The position numbers and the translations under genes are program-made. From Planctomycetota bacterium (GTDB taxonomy: Bacteria > Planctomycetota > UBA11346), in assembly GCA_038231435.1 (NCBI GenBank), contig JBBRLJ010000058.1, positions 1 through 27,218 of the forward strand: 27,218 bases of DNA, given 5' to 3'. The notes under the pieces are model-generated. The model was not told the origin of the DNA. It searched no databases and worked only from the letters and a program-made list of their open reading frames with translations. Positions 25,602 through 27,218 of this stretch are shown here, piece by piece (within the stretch, counting starts at the first letter, position 1; each line of letters begins with the position of its first letter).

Positions 25602-25866
25602 GTTATGTGGGACAGCCGGTCGGACACCGCCAATTTGCGCGGATTCTGCCGGGGTTTCCGCTCAAGCCGCGTTCTCTGTTCAGGTACGACCGACCGCAGG
25701 AGCGGGTCGTATGCGAACGATTTCGCCCAGATTCTCTGATTCTCTGGCAGAGAATCGGGCCGGGTTAACGGCCGCGTCCAGCCCGGACCACCAGGTTGTG
25801 GATGCTCATGCAGAACGGACATGCGACGGAGCGCCCCTCAATGGGGGCGAAGTCGTCACACGGGCA

Positions 25867-26259
25867 TCACCCTTCGTCGCCGTCTACCTGGCGGATCGCC
25901 GAGCCGCGGGAGAGGATGTTACGATGAGCGACGGCGAGTACGACGATCCGAACACGTTGGAAGCTGCCCGTACATGAGGGCGTTGTAGGACTCGCCAGTG
26001 GCAGACGCTGTCTGGTCTGCTCTGAACGTGCGTCCCTTATGAAGCGTAGCTCACCTTCGGCATGCACTTCCAGCTTCTCGTCGGTTGGCGATGCCTTGAG
26101 GTCGTTCTCTGTCGCCACTACGCTTTTCATCAGTAGATCGGCCAACGCTAAGAAGCCTTCCCAATCGTTTGGTTTAACCAGAAAACTTTCGCTGGAAATC
26201 GCTGTGGCTTTGTTGAGGGCGGCATATTCCTTCTCGCAATGGGGAAGTCTAGAGCTCAC
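25867..26259 (-). CDS. Hypothetical protein or gene remnant
   Basis: GTGA overlap with the upstream MerC-like gene; the N-terminal ~85 aa look helical and protein-like, the C-terminus is doubtful. Confidence 0.35.
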   Translation of the reverse strand: MSSRLPHCEKEYAALNKATAISSESFLVKPNDWEGFLALADLLMKSVVATENDLKASPTDEKLEVHAEGELRFIRDARSEQTRQRLPLASPTTPSCTGSFQRVRIVVLAVAHRNILSRGSAIRQVDGDEG

Positions 26260-27026
26260 GGCGTGACGTCTGCATTGGGGCTGGGCCGTGCCTCACCGCC
26301 TTTGGCACCAGGAACCACGCAACATGCGCCGTCACGGACAGCGACTGGCCATGCATTCCACACCACCGACGCAATAAGCAGCGCGCTTCCCGTCCAGTGA
26401 ACCGCAGCGATATCGAGAGCAAACTTACCGACCAGAACCAACCCCCCGGCCAATCCTGCAAGAAGTGCAGGTCCATAGCCGTGACGATGGCGCGCTCCCC
26501 AAGCCAGCATGACCACCGCTCCCACCATCAGCAGGGCGGTCAAAGGGAGTTGCACACTGCGTTGTGCCAAAGTTCCCAACCCAAGAGATCCGAGAGCCGC
26601 CACGTAGGTAGGCCAACAAGCTGGGCAGGCCACCGCTGGAAGCATGGCTGCGGCAATGCCGGGCACCGCCGCTAGGCTACCAAGCCAACCATCTCGGTTG
26701 CCACGACCGGGTGCTGCGTCAACCAATGCCGCATGCAGCAACTCGGCCGGTGGCGCGACATCTCGTCCGCCGTTCGCCCCGCGATACAGCCGGCAACAGG
26801 GGGCATCCGTTGGGGGCTGACCAGCCACATCCCGACCATCGACGAGCACGGTCGGTGATCCGAACCGTATCGCATAACCGGGAGTGCCTGCTGCCGATCG
26901 TTCCCACTCCTGCCAAGATGGCACTTGGCCGAGGCGTGCGAGTGCCGCGCCTAACCGATCACGGGCAATCGGCGCATTGGGGCAATCATGGTCAAAAATC
27001 AATTCCATGCGCTGCGAGGTAGCCAT
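26256..27026 (-). CDS. Thioredoxin-like domain fused to a MerC-like mercury transport domain
   Basis: ELIFDHDCPNA...GSPTVLVDGRDV...CCRLY, then LPAVACPACWP.Y...LG.LGLG, four hydrophobic segments, RHGYGP, WNAWP and a C-terminal CC. Confidence 0.75.
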   Translation of the reverse strand: MATSQRMELIFDHDCPNAPIARDRLGAALARLGQVPSWQEWERSAAGTPGYAIRFGSPTVLVDGRDVAGQPPTDAPCCRLYRGANGGRDVAPPAELLHAALVDAAPGRGNRDGWLGSLAAVPGIAAAMLPAVACPACWPTYVAALGSLGLGTLAQRSVQLPLTALLMVGAVVMLAWGARHRHGYGPALLAGLAGGLVLVGKFALDIAAVHWTGSALLIASVVWNAWPVAVRDGACCVVPGAKGGEARPSPNADVTP

Positions 27027-27218
27027 GAGAATCACCGGCCTTTACGTTGGGTTTTGGGATAAACCACCGAGGGTATTTTCATTCCTCGCGACGGTTGTGC
27101 GAGGGCCTCGAGGATGGGACACGCCTGCGCTAAACCTCGACCGGTGCAGGAGGCGATATGCTGCACCAATAATCTGCGCATGCGTTGCAGCAGCGCGATC
27201 TTCCCTTCAATGACGGCA

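Larger units (their letters stand above)
25602..27218. mobile_element. Probable edge of a horizontally acquired island downstream of tRNA-fMet
   Basis: Visible drop in GC and many A/T-ending codons beginning after the tRNA terminator; metal-resistance-type cargo. No integrase in the window. Confidence 0.5.

Noticed and set aside
25570..25977. 135-aa plus-strand ORF after tRNA-fMet
   Set aside because: Starts inside the terminator, has no RBS and no recognisable motif.
27128..27160. MerR-family operator-like dyad (CCTCG...GGAGG) upstream of the MerC fusion
   Set aside because: Dyad is weak and there is no acceptable -35 hexamer at 19-bp spacing.

Overview
High-GC (roughly 70% by eye) bacterial chromosome segment. 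Gene content and style suggest a PVC/Planctomycetota-like lineage, which is an inference. Most of it is housekeeping and accessory genes: a divergent PhyH-dioxygenase/AraC pair; a long minus-strand run (gamma-carbonic-anhydrase-like protein, exported pseudo-hydrolase, lipoprotein, split membrane + spermidine-synthase-like pair, PfkB kinase, DUF151 nuclease, MBL-TPR protein, queA); rpmA, ftsK, a DUF6882-like protein, two cation:proton antiporters, prmC, tRNA-Glu(CTC) and tRNA-fMet. After tRNA-fMet there is a lower-GC island edge with a thioredoxin-like/MerC fusion. The most unusual locus is 17950-20930. It holds an orphan, catalytically dead Y-family polymerase with a palindromic operator. This is followed by a consensus sigma-54 promoter driving a 64-aa ORF coupled to a one-cysteine DksA-like gene. 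Directly behind that gene's stop lies a strand-biased ~210-nt pentamer array with about 30 GGA motifs, a candidate CsrA/RsmA-sponge-like RNA or other protein-binding array. Intergenic DNA is also rich in non-coding repeats: a 230-bp multi-hairpin tandem unit, a dispersed REP-like palindrome with compensatory changes, a 110-bp inverted-repeat element, and heptamer/octamer arrays. Several genes look leaderless.
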